NCBI GenBank assembly: GCA_013265495.1
Contig: MU057959.1
Span: forward strand, 137,202-201,201
Direction: 5' to 3'
DNA: 64,000 nt
DNA from: Vicugna vicugna
Lineage: Eukaryota
In this document: positions 50,901 through 62,770 of the stretch, piece by piece
How positions within the stretch are numbered: the stretch's first letter is position 1
Layout: each line of letters opens with the position of its first letter
Program-made: the position numbers and the translations under genes
The notes under the pieces: model-generated
Seen by the model: only the letters and a program-made list of their open reading frames with translations
Told to the model about the DNA's origin: nothing
Database searches by the model: none

Positions 50901-53395
50901 CTTTGTCTTTGAAATCACTATGGTTTTTTTGGAGTTAAGGTCCTTGGCTATATAGGAATGGATTATGATGTTCTAATGTTGTTTTCAAAAAGTGTACTTT
51001 GCAGAATGAAATGTATGTGTAAACTCAAGACACACCCTTGAGACATTAGTACCTAAGATTGTTTGGAAGAACCTAGAAGTAGTTTCTTGCACCTGAGAAC
51101 CTCCTGAAATAACAGTTCTACGTCCATGTGGTTAGTCTGTCATTCACGACATGCAAGATTGGGAGGGGCCATCCCAGCCATGTGAGGTAAGCCTTTGTCA
51201 TGACAAAATACAGTGCCCCCCAAATTTAGTGACCAGTGCCTGGTTACACCTCTCATCTCTGGTGGAATTAGGATTTTAAAATGTGGAATTCTTGGAGGAA
51301 TTTTAGGCCAAGATTCAACCCTAACATAATTTTACCCATAATAGGATCATACTTACAACGTATGATGTAAACACCATCTTCTCTCTTTATCCCATGGACA
51401 GTTTTTTTTACGCATTCTCCATCCGACCTTAAAAACAAAACATATTCAAGTTGTTTGATTAAAAATAATGAACAATTTGATATTTAACTAGGATTTTCTT
51501 TGTTTGACCCTCCCAAGACCCTATGTCACCTGTCACCTTAGTGCCTGTAAACAAGGTGAGAAGAGAAGAAATAAGTCCTCTAGCATCAAATAACTGTCAA
51601 GTGGCAAGGATGCCTGATTACACATTAAACCTGAGCCAAAATTCCAAAGATAAATTGGAAATACAAAAATGATCACGTTCAAACCATAATAAACATGAAT
51701 AAGTCTAGAATTTGGGGAAAGAAAAGGAAAGTAACAAGGTGTTTATTGAAACCGATAAGTATCAAGACACACATTCGTTGTTTCACAACCCTGGCCCAAG
51801 TTTCTTACAGAGCATACTACCAAAGAGCAAGAAAAAAGACAAAAATGTGTTTAAGTGTATCCAAAACGCAAGATCTGTATCAAAACAGTGTAAGAGAATT
51901 ACCCATTGAAAGACATAGGCATGTCTTTGTGTCAAAAAGTATAGCCCCATAAATGATCAGTTAAATATAGGTCTTAGAATGTCTGACAGCTGACAGGTGC
52001 TGAGGTTGGATGTATATGTGTGTGTGGGTGTAATTTAATTATAAGTAGACTATCAAATATATACAACTTACAGTCAATTGTATATATTTGTATATGTCTT
52101 AACCACTGTCTCCAAACCTAAAGCTCTTCATTGTCTTCTTAATTCTTCTATCTTTCAAAATATCTATCTGTGCGAGCACGCTCCTAATACAACCCCTGCC
52201 ACGTGGAGAACATTGCCTGAGCAGCACTGGGAGCTGTGGTGACCTTCATACATTCAGTGATGATTGTAAACCACTGAGAGGCAGCCATTCAGGGTCGAGG
52301 CGAGTTTGTCACCCACATGCGCACATCCTCTGCAGCCCAGTGGGAACCACATCCTCTGAATTCTGCATGAAGGAGCCCAGCCCCCAGGACTGTGGGGATG
52401 GAGACCAGGAGCCTCTTGTTCCTGCCCCATTGGCCCTCTTTCCTTTGAGGAGTTGACTCCAGTGGAGCATCTGTGGCTTTCCCTCTAAGCAAAGGCTCCC
52501 GGGCGCGCTCTAGAGGCTGGTCCTGGACCTGACTCAGGAATTCTGTAGATCCCTCTAAACCACAGGACCCCGGGAGTCACAGTCTTCCACCTGATGCATG
52601 CATTTCACCGCAGACGTGGAAGCCACACCCTCTCAGGTTCAGAGATTAATGTCAGTTTTTCTTCCATGTTATTTTACTTACTTGACAAAAAAGGTTAAGG
52701 TGATTATGCCGTTTTCATCATCTAATTCAATATTACGCATAAAAGTGTGGAATGGGCCGTTCTCGCTGATCTTCTCTGGGTTACTGGCTGCGAGATAAAT
52801 CGTTCTCCAGTCTGAAATCTGAAAGCAAAAATCCCCTTAGAGACGAGGGCATCTCTTTTCACTGTGTGCACCACCCTCCGTCGCGACTTTCCCTTCACTT
52901 CTGCACACCTGCGCAGATTACCCACCTGGCATGGACAAAGCAGGGCTCAAAAATAGTGGGAAAACCCAAGAAAAAGGGAGAACATGGAGTTGAGATATTT
53001 CAGGTGTTTGACTTACACCCTGAGAAATGGAAGAGCCCCAGAGGGACAGGTCTCTGGCTGACCCCCCTTCTCTTGTACAAGAACAGCAAAGATGCAGGAG
53101 AGCCCGGTGTCAGACAGTGGGGAGAGTATATGGAGATAGTATAGCAGTGCAGGTGCCAGTTAGTGGAGCAGTTCTGAGCTGGAGGTAGATGTCCAGCTGA
53201 AGTGCACAGAAATATGGATACACATAAGCAGAGCCCAAAGGGACACACACACACACACACACACACACTTAAAATGGGACAGAATGTCCTCACAGATAGC
53301 TCTGGCCGTGGGAATCTTGAGTGATCCCTCCCAAGTGGAGGTCCATGGGCCGCACAAAGGACACCAAATACGAGAGTCAGGAACAGAATCTGCAT
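47907..53395 (-). CDS. OBP: Lipocalin gene C: odorant-binding protein (OBP)-like, 180 aa, intact. CDS exons 53395-53294, 52818-52682, 51427-51357, 49275-49165, 48232-48131, 47926-47907
   Basis: All GT-AG, 543 nt. Protein: MQILFLTLVFGVLCAAHGPPLGRDHSRFPRPELSISDWRTIYLAASNPEKISENGPFHTFMRNIELDDENGIITLTFFVKSDGECVKKTVHGIKREDGVYIIRYAGTNEFKIIQASENVLIASNINMDEEGTKTIVTVVFAKGDDIDDALFETFKSVTIGKEIPEENILKIISLDDCPDL*. Motifs WRTIY..SNPEKI.ENGPF, YAGTNEF, IPEENI and DDCP resemble bovine and porcine OBP. Confidence 0.92.
48131..48232 (-). CDS. OBP: Gene C exon 5
   Basis: 102 nt, AG/GT; within ORF 48078..48266. Confidence 0.92.
49165..49275 (-). CDS. OBP: Gene C exon 4
   Basis: 111 nt, AG/GT; YAGTNEFKII...TVVF. 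Confidence 0.92.
51357..51427 (-). CDS. OBP: Gene C exon 3
   Basis: 71 nt, AG/GT; SDGECVKKTV with the conserved Cys. Confidence 0.92.
52682..52818 (-). CDS. OBP: Gene C exon 2
   Basis: 137 nt, ctttcag acceptor, gtaagt donor. Confidence 0.93.
53243..53268. repeat. (CA)n microsatellite in intron 1 (paralogs at ~33335-33354 and ~15449-15479)
   Basis: Direct reading. Confidence 0.9.
53294..53395 (-). CDS. OBP: Gene C exon 1 coding part
   Basis: ATG at 53395, signal peptide; the gene-A-equivalent donor lacks GT, and the next in-frame donor is TCT|gtgagg. Confidence 0.8.
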
Positions 53396-53478
53396 CCTGG
53401 CGGTTCTTCTAGTCCTCCTCCTGGAGAAGCTGAGCGTGCCGTGTGTCAGTTGGTGGACAGAACCTGTGTGTGTGCCCC

Positions 53479-53485
53479 TTTTATA
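53479..53485 (-). promoter_or_regulatory. Gene C TATA box
   Basis: TATAAAA at the conserved position; inverted CCAAT at ~53516. Confidence 0.72.
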
Positions 53486-53620
53486 GTATCCGTGTGTGTC
53501 CTGGCCCATAATGAACCAATGGTTGTTAATCTAAGACACTGGCTACACAGACGTCGTCTTAGGACGTCCTGGTTGGCAGGGAGGAGCTTTTCTGGACATC
53601 CGTTGTTTTTCTTTGAGATT

Positions 53621-56600
53621 AGACTTCACAGTAACTTAAGTTAATCTGAACCTTTAAGTCGATCTTGACCTTCAGGTCAAGTGAGAAATCACAGTGCAGT
53701 TGAGATGTTGCAAGGACAGTGAGATTTGTTTTCTTGTCTATCTTGAATTCCTGAACGGGACAAGTGCAGGACACATTCTGCAGATTGGATGCGATTTCTT
53801 CAACACAGAGGAGGTATTTTTAAAGGTATCTTCTAAAGCAAAACGTGTTACTGTTTGGTTTGACAAGATTACAGAGATTCCCTGAGAGACCTTCGGAAAG
53901 TCTCCAGTCTCTGAGGGGAGGAACAGCTCAGCACAAACAAGGATCTTCCCCCTCTTTACATCGGGCTCTGGCATCCTTCTCACTAAGGGGGCCTTCCATG
54001 CAGACGCCCACAGCCTCTCGTGAGGAAGGCACACTGGTAGTTCATTTTCATTGCTCTATTTCCCAAACCCTTTTATTCCAATCTTATCTTTAACATACTT
54101 GCTCATTGACTCAGTTTTTTCTCCAGGCAACCAAGAAAGCTTGATTGCACTTCCTCTAATTTTTAGAAGTTTCCAAGGAAAAGGTGCATTTCCTATCTTT
54201 GCACCTCTGATTATTTTCAAGGACCCTGAAACAGCTAAAGACCTTCTTCTTGCTCCCTTCTCCCTCAGCGTTTTATTCACGTTCATTTTCTTTTCCAGTG
54301 ATTCATGAGATAAATTCTCAAATTGTATTCAGTTCTGACTCTAGGAATGGTTCTCAGATGATGTCCCACTAATCTGAGAGAGAACACCCAGGGTCCTGAG
54401 TCAGTGTCAGCTGCTCCCAGGACGCACACAGCCTCAGCATCTCTGTCTTTGGTGTCTGACCTTTGAGGAGAGCGTGACTGAAAGTGGTCTTCCGCCTCCA
54501 CCAACTTGCTGTTTGAAGCTTGTCTTCATACTCACAAGGACCAACACTTTTCATTCACTCTTACCTCCTCTTTTTCTCTTTTCTCTTTGTCCCCATATCA
54601 TAGTTTCTCTTTGATTCACAGGTTCCTCTGTCTGTTGCCCTATCCAGTATTTCTCTGTGAAGTCTATGGAGGGGAAGGGTTTCATGTCTGAAAATGTCTT
54701 GAAAGTTGTTCTCTCACCTCCCTGATTGGGATAATTTCACAGGGTCATGGTCTCAGCTGACACCCCTCATCCACCTTTCTCACTGCATCCAACTCTGCCT
54801 CGTTCACCGCAACATTAGCAGGTTTTTCTTTTGGAGTCCTACCAACACCTGTTCCCTGGGGATGTGCACCAAGATCACTCCATCTTAGGAGGAGCTTTCC
54901 AACTGCCAGTCCAGAAGGAATTAAACGTTAGGTACTTAAGAGATAATTGCAGCAGCTTGGTCATTGGATCCTGCTCATCCATTATTTCAGACCTACAAAT
55001 GACACAGATCTTTAATTTCAATTGATTTGAATTCATGTCAGCCACAGTGTTCCTTGACAGTATGGCAAATAATTACGGAAGCTTCCTACACAAATGTGAA
55101 GGTTTTAATCCACATACATTGCTAATCCATCCTCTGTAGATGTTCCTGGTCTTTCCTTTTCAAATGTGTCCATCTTTCTGGAATCTGTACCCCATCTCTG
55201 CGAGTTTATCCGGCAACTTCTTTCTTGTTTGTCTGTTTTCTCTGTGATCAGTTTTTACATCTTAGATTCACAATTCCTCTCTAAATAGTACAAGGAAGAT
55301 TTTGGGCCTGGCCACCAGGCACACCTGGTTCCCTCACGGATTCCTAACCAAGGGTCCAATGTGCTTAGAATCTGAGTTGAGGTAATTCAATACAAGCCCA
55401 CTTTCAGAGATCTGATCCTGGGGAAATTCTCTCCCCTAGTGCCTCTCAACTGGGGGCCAGGCTCAGAGGTCCCCAGAGTGTTTTACTGATGAAGCTGGTT
55501 CTGATGCTGGGTATTCAGTGTTGTCCCAGGACCACGTGTTTCTACTCAGGACCCCGTGAGACGTCACTGTACCTGGTCGCACAGCACACTTCTCAGCAGA
55601 AGGCTGTGGGGACCGCTTCCCAAAGCTTGCCCTGTGTCCAGAGTCCCCCAGAGCACTGGTCCCCTTGGTAGGTCTCTCTGTTCCTAACCAGGAGCTGTGG
55701 TTTGACCAGATCCGGGAAGGCTTTCTAAAGCTGTTTGAAGGGTATTGGTTCTCAACCAGGGGGCACCGTGCCTCCCAGGAGACACAGTTGAGATTTCACA
55801 GTAACTTAAGTTAATCTGAACCTTTAAGTCGATCTTGACCTTCAGGTCAAGTGAGAAATCACAGTGCAGTTGAGATGTTGCAAGGACAGTGAGATTTGTT
55901 TTCTTGTCTATCTTGAATTCCTGAACGGGACAAGTGCAGGACACATTCTGCAGATTGGATGCGATTTCTTCAACACAGAGGAGGTATTTTTAAAGGTATC
56001 TTCTAAAGCAAAACGTGTTACTGTTTGGTTTGACAAGATTACAGAGATTCCCTGAGAGACCTTCGGAAAGTCTCCAGTCTCTGAGGGGAGGAACAGCTCA
56101 GCACAAACAAGGATCTTCCCCCTCTTTACATCGGGCTCTGGCATCCTTCTCACTAAGGGGGCCTTCCATGCAGACGCCCACAGCCTCTCGTGAGGAAGGC
56201 ACACTGGTAGTTCATTTTCATTGCTCTATTTCCCAAACCCTTTTATTCCAATCTTATCTTTAACATACTTGCTCATTGACTCAGTTTTTTCTCCAGGCAA
56301 CCAAGAAAGCTTGATTGCACTTCCTCTAATTTTTAGAAGTTTCCAAGGAAAAGGTGCATTTCCTATCTTTGCACCTCTGATTATTTTCAAGGACCCTGAA
56401 ACAGCTAAAGACCTTCTTCTTGCTCCCTTCTCCCTCAGCGTTTTATTCACGTTCATTTTCTTTTCCAGTGATTCATGAGATAAATTCTCAAATTGTATTC
56501 AGTTCTGACTCTAGGAATGGTTCTCAGATGATGTCCCACTAATCTGAGAGAGAACACCCAGGGTCCTGAGTCAGTGTCAGCTGCTCCCAGGACGCACACA

Positions 56601-57960
56601 GCCTCAGCATCTCTGTCTTTGGTGTCTGACCTTTGAGGAGAGCGTGACTGAAAGTGGTCTTGCGCCTCCACCAACTTGCTGTTTGAAGCTTGTCTTCATA
56701 CTCACAAGGACCAACACTTTTCATTCACTGTTACCTCCTCTTTTTCTCTTTTATCTTTGTCCCCATATCATAGTTTCTCTTTGGTTCACAGGTTCCTCTG
56801 TCTATTGCCCTATCCAGTATTTCTCTGTGAAGTCTATGGAGGGGAAGGGTTTCATGTCTGAAAATGTCTTGAAAGTTGTTCTCTCACCTCCCTGATTGGG
56901 ATAATTTCACAGGGTCATGGTCTCAGCTGACACCCCTCATCCACCTTTCTCACTGCATCCAACTCTGCCTCGTTCACCGCAACATTAGCAGGTTTTTCTT
57001 TTGGAGTCCTACCAACACCTGTTCCCTGGGGATGTGCACCAAGATCACTCCATCTTAGGAGGAGCTTTCCAACTGCCAGTCCAGAAGGAATTAAACGTTA
57101 GGTACTTAAGAGATAATTGCAGCAGCTTGGTCATTGGATCCTGCTCATCCATTATTTCAGACCTACAAATGACACAGATCTTTAATTTCAATTGATTTGA
57201 ATTCATGTCAGCCACAGTGTTCCTTGACAGTATGGCAAATAATTACGGAAGCTTCCTACACAAATGTGAAGGTTTTAATCCACATACATTGCTAATCCAT
57301 CCTCTGTAGATGTTCCTGGTCTTTCCTTTTCAAATGTGTCCATCTTTCTGGAATCTGTACCCCATCTCTGCGAGTTTATCCGGCCACTTCTTTCTTGTTT
57401 GTCTGTTTTCTCTGTGATCAGTTTTTACATCTTAGATTCACAATTCCTCTCTAAATAGTACAAGGAAGATTTTGGGCCTGGCCACCAGGCACACCTGGTT
57501 CCCTCACGGATTCCTAACCAAGGGTCCAATGTGCTTAGAATCTGAGTTGAGGTAATTCAACACAAGCCCACTTTCAGAGATCTGATCCTGGGGAAATTCT
57601 CTCCCCTAGTGCCTCTCAACTGGGGGCCAGGCTCAGAGGTCCCCAGAGTGTTTTACTGATGAAGCTGGTTCTGATGCTGGGTATTCAGTGTTGTCCCAGG
57701 ACCACGTGTTTCTACTCAGGACCCCGTGAGACGTCACTGTACCTGGTCGCACAGCACACTTCTCAGCAGAAGGCTGTGGGGACCGCTTCCCAAAGCTTGC
57801 CCTGTGTCCAGAGTCCCCCAGAGCACTGGTCCCCTTGGTAGGTCTCTCTGTTCCTAACCAGGAGCTGTGGTTTGACCAGATCCGGGAAGGCTTTCTAAAG
57901 CTGTTTGAAGGGTATTGGTTCTCAACCAGGGGGCACCGTGCCTCCCAGGAGACACAGTTG
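53621..57960 (+). repeat. Near-identical direct tandem duplication, 2170 bp x2 (53621-55790, 55791-57960)
   Basis: ORF-track entries repeat at exactly +2170; only about 8 substitutions seen by eye. Confidence 0.97.
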
Positions 57961-58132
57961 ATATCAATGGTGACATGTTTGATTGTCCCAGTGGGAGAGG
58001 GGGGTTTTGACCCCTTCCACCTCGTGGGCAGAGATAAAGCATCCTTCTCTACAGAATACAGTGTGCAGGACAGCGTCTCACACCCAGAGTTATCCAGTGA
58101 TGTGTCAGCCATGGTCAGGGTGAGAAATGCTG
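57913..58132 (+). mobile_element. MER20 upstream of gene C (truncated duplicate at 55743-55790)
   Basis: tggttctcaaccaggggg...cccaggagacac...tgcaggacagc...gagttatccag...gtgagaaatgctg, ~220 bp. Confidence 0.78.
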
Positions 58133-60577
58133 ATTAATAAGAGTTAAGAAGCTCCTCTCACCCAGAATGCAGCCTCAGTCCTGTGGTGACTGCACGTCCA
58201 CACACGACCTGTTTCTTTTCCTAATTCCTCTGCATATAGTCATCCTCTCTCCTACTCTGTTCCTGCCGCACTGGACTTGAGATGACTTGGGCCGTTTTCT
58301 ACTTACCCTGCCCACAGTATAGCCACCTCCACGATCCTAAAACTTTTCTGCTTCCCACTTTGTGAGCATTTTTTCTTTCCATAAGCTGTCTTCATCCGCA
58401 AAAGAGTCACTTCCCCAAGGTCACAGTCCCTGGCTGCAACCCCAGTGCTCTGTATTGGCGAATGAATGGGACAGTGTTTGTCTCTGGGGATTTCCCTTTT
58501 CGATGGGCACATGTGGACAACCATGCATGTAAATGGGAACATTTGGTAAAAAGAAACCCTGCAGGACCAGTTTAGGACCTAGAGTCCAGAGCCATGTCCA
58601 GGGGTCTTTCGGGTACACTCACTGGAGGATGGTTGAAGTAGAAATGGTTCTTGACAGCAGAGTTCCTTGGCCAATGAAGCAAGGCTTTTGAAGGGCCGTT
58701 GGGACTGAGTCAAGTGTGTTTAGAAGGGAGCTGGAGTTGGCCAGCATCCCCCACTCGGGGCTAGTTGTACCTGAAGTGCATGAAGAAAGGGCAAGACAGT
58801 TATGGGGAAAGTTCACTCACACAGTTGTCGGTGTTGAAAGAAGGAGGGTCCCGCCCTGAAACTGATTCCCAGAGAATAGGGAGTCTTGTATTAAATCATA
58901 AGCCAGGTTGTGCTTTTTAGCCCAGCTTCTGAGGCCACCTCAGTAGTCTTTCTCAGGAAGGGACCACCATGTTTCTATTAAATGTCAAGGGTCGGGAAAC
59001 ACTTTGAGGTTTTCAACAGCCTCAGCCAAGAACAGCTAAACACGAAATGTGAGTGGCGGGGGCAACATCTACACCTGATGTCAAATTTTCTCACTCGTCC
59101 TTTTCTTATGTCATTCTTTGCCTTTGAAAGTCCCACAAATTCATCCATTGGTGAAGAAAACAGAGATTTAAAAAAAGAAAACCTGACACACTCTATGACC
59201 TTCATATTTCTACTCGAAACTTCTCGAAATTTTTATGCAAATAGGCTCCAACAGGACTAAATGTCATATCCTAGGAATGCCAGAGAAGGCCGCTTCCAGG
59301 ACAGTGGGTCCCCTCTGTCTCTTTTCTGTCTCTACCGTTGACTTGATGTCCCTGTGTTGGTCTTGGTCGGTTGCTGTCTCTTTGGTCTTTGTTCCCATTT
59401 CATCACGCGTGTGTGTTTTACTGAATGATGGACACTCTGTTTCCAGTGATATTTCCATCAGCGTGTCCCTGTACATAGCCTTTGATCAAAATGTTTATTG
59501 TGAATTCAAAGGGAATTTTTTTTCCATGCCTCCACCCTGCTCTAAGTCATGGGCGAGGATTCGCTAAGGTCACCTTGGGATCAAAAGCCAATGTGAAGAA
59601 CAGTGACTCCCAGACCAGCCCTTCTCAAGGTGTGTGCACTCAGGGAGAGAATGTTTCAGTCCTCTGTGGACTGACTTGATTTTCCCTTCATTTTCTGGCA
59701 ACTTAGCAGAATATATACGGTATCATCAGTATACAAGACACTTTTATCCATGTATGCATTAAAAGGACACTGTGTTCTGCAAGATTGCTAGTGTGCAGTA
59801 TTTGGCCTGCGTTCAGTTAATATGGATTTAGCACCTGTCATGTGCAAACCTCACCCAAGTCTCAAAATCCATCAGGAACCAGATAGGCTGTATTTAGGAT
59901 CCAGTGAGGTTATCTCCCTGTGAAAGAGACAGGAGAGAAGCAAGCTCCACACTCTTGCCAAATATCTCACGTGTTTGTAACTTCTAGGATGAAAAATAAA
60001 GCAAGGTTAGGACCATGGGGTGTATCTGGGTCCTTACTTGGAAGAAGACGGAATTTCCAAACTGAAGGGTTTATAGTGAAGCTCTGAGGAGAGTTAGAAG
60101 AGTGAGCTGAGTGTGTATCTGGGACAGGAGTGTGCTGGCAACAGAAAGTAAAAAGGTGTTTTGGAAGGTCCTTTCGGTTGTTTCTGTCAGTATTCTAAAG
60201 GTGTGTGCACTTTGGTAAGGCGTTTCCATTTATAGGACTTATGAAATAATTGAGACATATAAAAATTGTTACTGGTATACTGATGGTCGTGTTGAAACGT
60301 TTGGAAATAAGTCTAGCAGCCTTGAGGCTGGACACATTCATAGTAGAAAGTGGAAGAACTTAAATTCACAAATGAAACCTCTCTGAATCAATATACGAAT
60401 AATCTCTAAAACTATGACTGCCTGAAATGAACAAAAATATGCCTCTCTTGATACTTTTATCCATCTATATGTATAAAACAAAGGCTGCTCTCCAGTGTAT
60501 TAGTATGTTTGTTCATTAATGAAAATGCATGCTTTTGTAAAATGCACACTTTATACCAATCTTTCTTTTTTTATATT

Positions 60578-60783
60578 TGTTGTCAAATCTTTATTCTGTA
60601 AGCTATGGGTATGTAATTACCCTGTTCCATCCCCAAGATGTGTCCACAGTTTTGAAGGCTCTAGCCTGTTGTGAGTCCCCTTGCTCGGCAAAGCAGTAAA
60701 GCTGTCTTGTTTCTTCCAAGCTTTAATCCCCTGTCTCTGAGCTATTTGGGTCATCAGGAATGGGGGCCAATCTTTCAGCAACA
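60578..60783 (+). mobile_element. Short ERV-type solo LTR, unit-3 copy
   Basis: TGTTG...CAACA; gcaaagcagtaaagct polyA-like motif; possible degenerate 4-bp TSD (tatt/tagt). Confidence 0.55.
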
Positions 60784-62770
60784 TAGTCACTTTACAATGT
60801 TGTGTAAATTTGTGGTGTAGAGCTCAGTGCTTCAGTCATACGTGGACATACACACATCCATTTTTATGTTGTTTTTCACCATAAGTTACTACAAGGTATT
60901 GAATATAGTTCCCTGTGCTGTAAAGTGTGAACTCTTTTATGTATTATATATTAGTTACTATCTGCAAATTTCAAACATCAATGTATCCCTTCTTACCCTC
61001 TCCCCAGCCCTCAGTTAGCATAAGTTTGTTTTCTATCCCCATGAGTCTGTTTCTGTTTTGTAAGTAAGTTACTTTCTCCTTTTTTAAAAAAAGTAGATTC
61101 CACATATAAGTGATATCATATGGTATTTTTGTGGTTTGATCATTTTCTCTTGCATTAGCTTGGGTTCTTTTTGGTTTTTGTGACTCTATTGTACGCTTTT
61201 GATTTGTAGTTACATTGTTTTTCAAGTACGTTAACCCCTTACTATATCTGCTTGCTTTAGACCGGTAGTCATGGAGGCTCCAACCCATCCTAAACAGAAG
61301 AGAAAGCTATATTTTCTTGCTTCCTTCTTCCACCTTTTATAAAATTAGATGACCTTTCTTTTTTAAACATGTCTTAATGGTAATTCTCTTGCAGTGCATT
61401 GTAATTATCAATTTTCCACTCATGGTTTTGTCACTTCTATAGCTTCCTGCTTCTTTTCTATTTAGAGTAGACCTTTGAGTATTTCCTTTAGCCTAGGTTT
61501 AGTCACGCTGAAGTCTTTTAGTTTTTCCTTCTCTGTGACGTCCTTTATCTGTCCTTCCATTCTAAAGGACAGTGTTTTCAGTTTGAGAAGCCGAGGCTGC
61601 AACTTTTTCTCATTCAGGACTTTGAATATAACCTGCCCCTCCCTTCTGGCCACCAGTGTTTGTGTATAGAAATCAGCTGAAAGGCTTATGGGGGTTCCCT
61701 TGTAACTAACTCTTTTATTTTTTCATGTTGACTTTACTTTTTTTAACATTTTTTATTGATTTATAATCATTTGACAATGTTGTGTCAAATTCCAGTGTAG
61801 AACACAATTTTTCAGTTACACATGAACATATATATATATATATATTGGTTGTCACATTTCTTTTCTGCGAGCTACCATAAGATCCTGTGTCTATTTCCCT
61901 GTGCTGTACAGTATAGTCTTGTTTATCTAGTCTACAATTTTGAAATCCCAGTCTGTCCCTTCCCACCCTCCGCCCCCTTGGCAGCCACAAGTCTGTATTC
62001 TATGTCTGTGAGTCTGTTTCTGTTCTGTATTTATGCTTTGTTTGTTTGTTTGTTTGTTTTTTAGATTCCACACGTGAGCAATCATATATAGTATTTTTCT
62101 TTCCCTTTCTGTCTTACTTCACTTAGAATGACACTCTCCAGGAGCAACCATGTTGCTGCAAATGGCGTTATGTTGTCGGTTTCATGTTGACTTTAGAATC
62201 CTTTATCTTTAACTGTGGCTTCTTCTAATTATAATATGTCTTGCTGAGGGCCTGTTTGGGTTCTTCTTGTTTCAGACCGTATGTGCTTCCTGTACTCGGA
62301 TATCTGTTTCCTGACTTAGGGTTAGAAAGCTTTCAGTCTTGATTTCTTCAGAGACCTTTTCAGTCCCCTTCTCTCTTTCTCTTCCTCTGAGACCCCTATT
62401 ACGTGTAGTTTTTCATGCTTTATATTATCCCATTGGTCCCTTACATTGCTTTAGACTTGCTTGTCTGTCTGCTGTTCTGATTGGGTGACTTCTGTTGTCC
62501 TGTCTTCCAAGTCAGTTATTCATTTCTCTGCATTATCTAGTCTACTCTTGACTGTCTTTAGCCTGGCTCTTATATCAGCCTTTGGGTTTTCTGTTTTGAA
62601 TTGACTTGTCTTTATAGTTTCTATTTCTTTTTTCTAGTATTCTCTCTCTGTTCATAGTCTCTCTTATTTCCTTCGGTGCTTTTATCACCCTTTTTTGGAA
62701 GTCATGATCTAGTCGATTGTTGAGATCCATCCCGTGGTTTAATCTTTCAGGGGATTTCTCTTGTTTGATT
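60784..62770 (-). mobile_element. Half-L1 (ORF2-less), unit-3 copy, truncated within ORF1
   Basis: ORF 60971..61288 reads across the junction (..RENDQTT/KIPYDITYMWNL); ORF1 fragment [20 protein letters not shown]. Confidence 0.8.
61737..62179 (-). mobile_element. Young 5'-truncated LINE-1 nested in the half-L1
   Basis: Perfect 16-bp TSD TTTCATGTTGACTTTA (61721-61736 and 62180-62195); same family as 178-835. Confidence 0.92.

Larger units (their letters stand above)
45470..62770 (-). repeat. Segmental duplication unit 3 (carries lipocalin gene C)
   Basis: Collinear paralogy with units 1 and 2. Confidence 0.85.

Noticed and set aside
53000..53509. 169-aa single-exon ORF (and 33250..33597)
   Set aside because: Read-through of promoter, exon 1 and the intron-1 GT repeat; only the signal-peptide exon is real.
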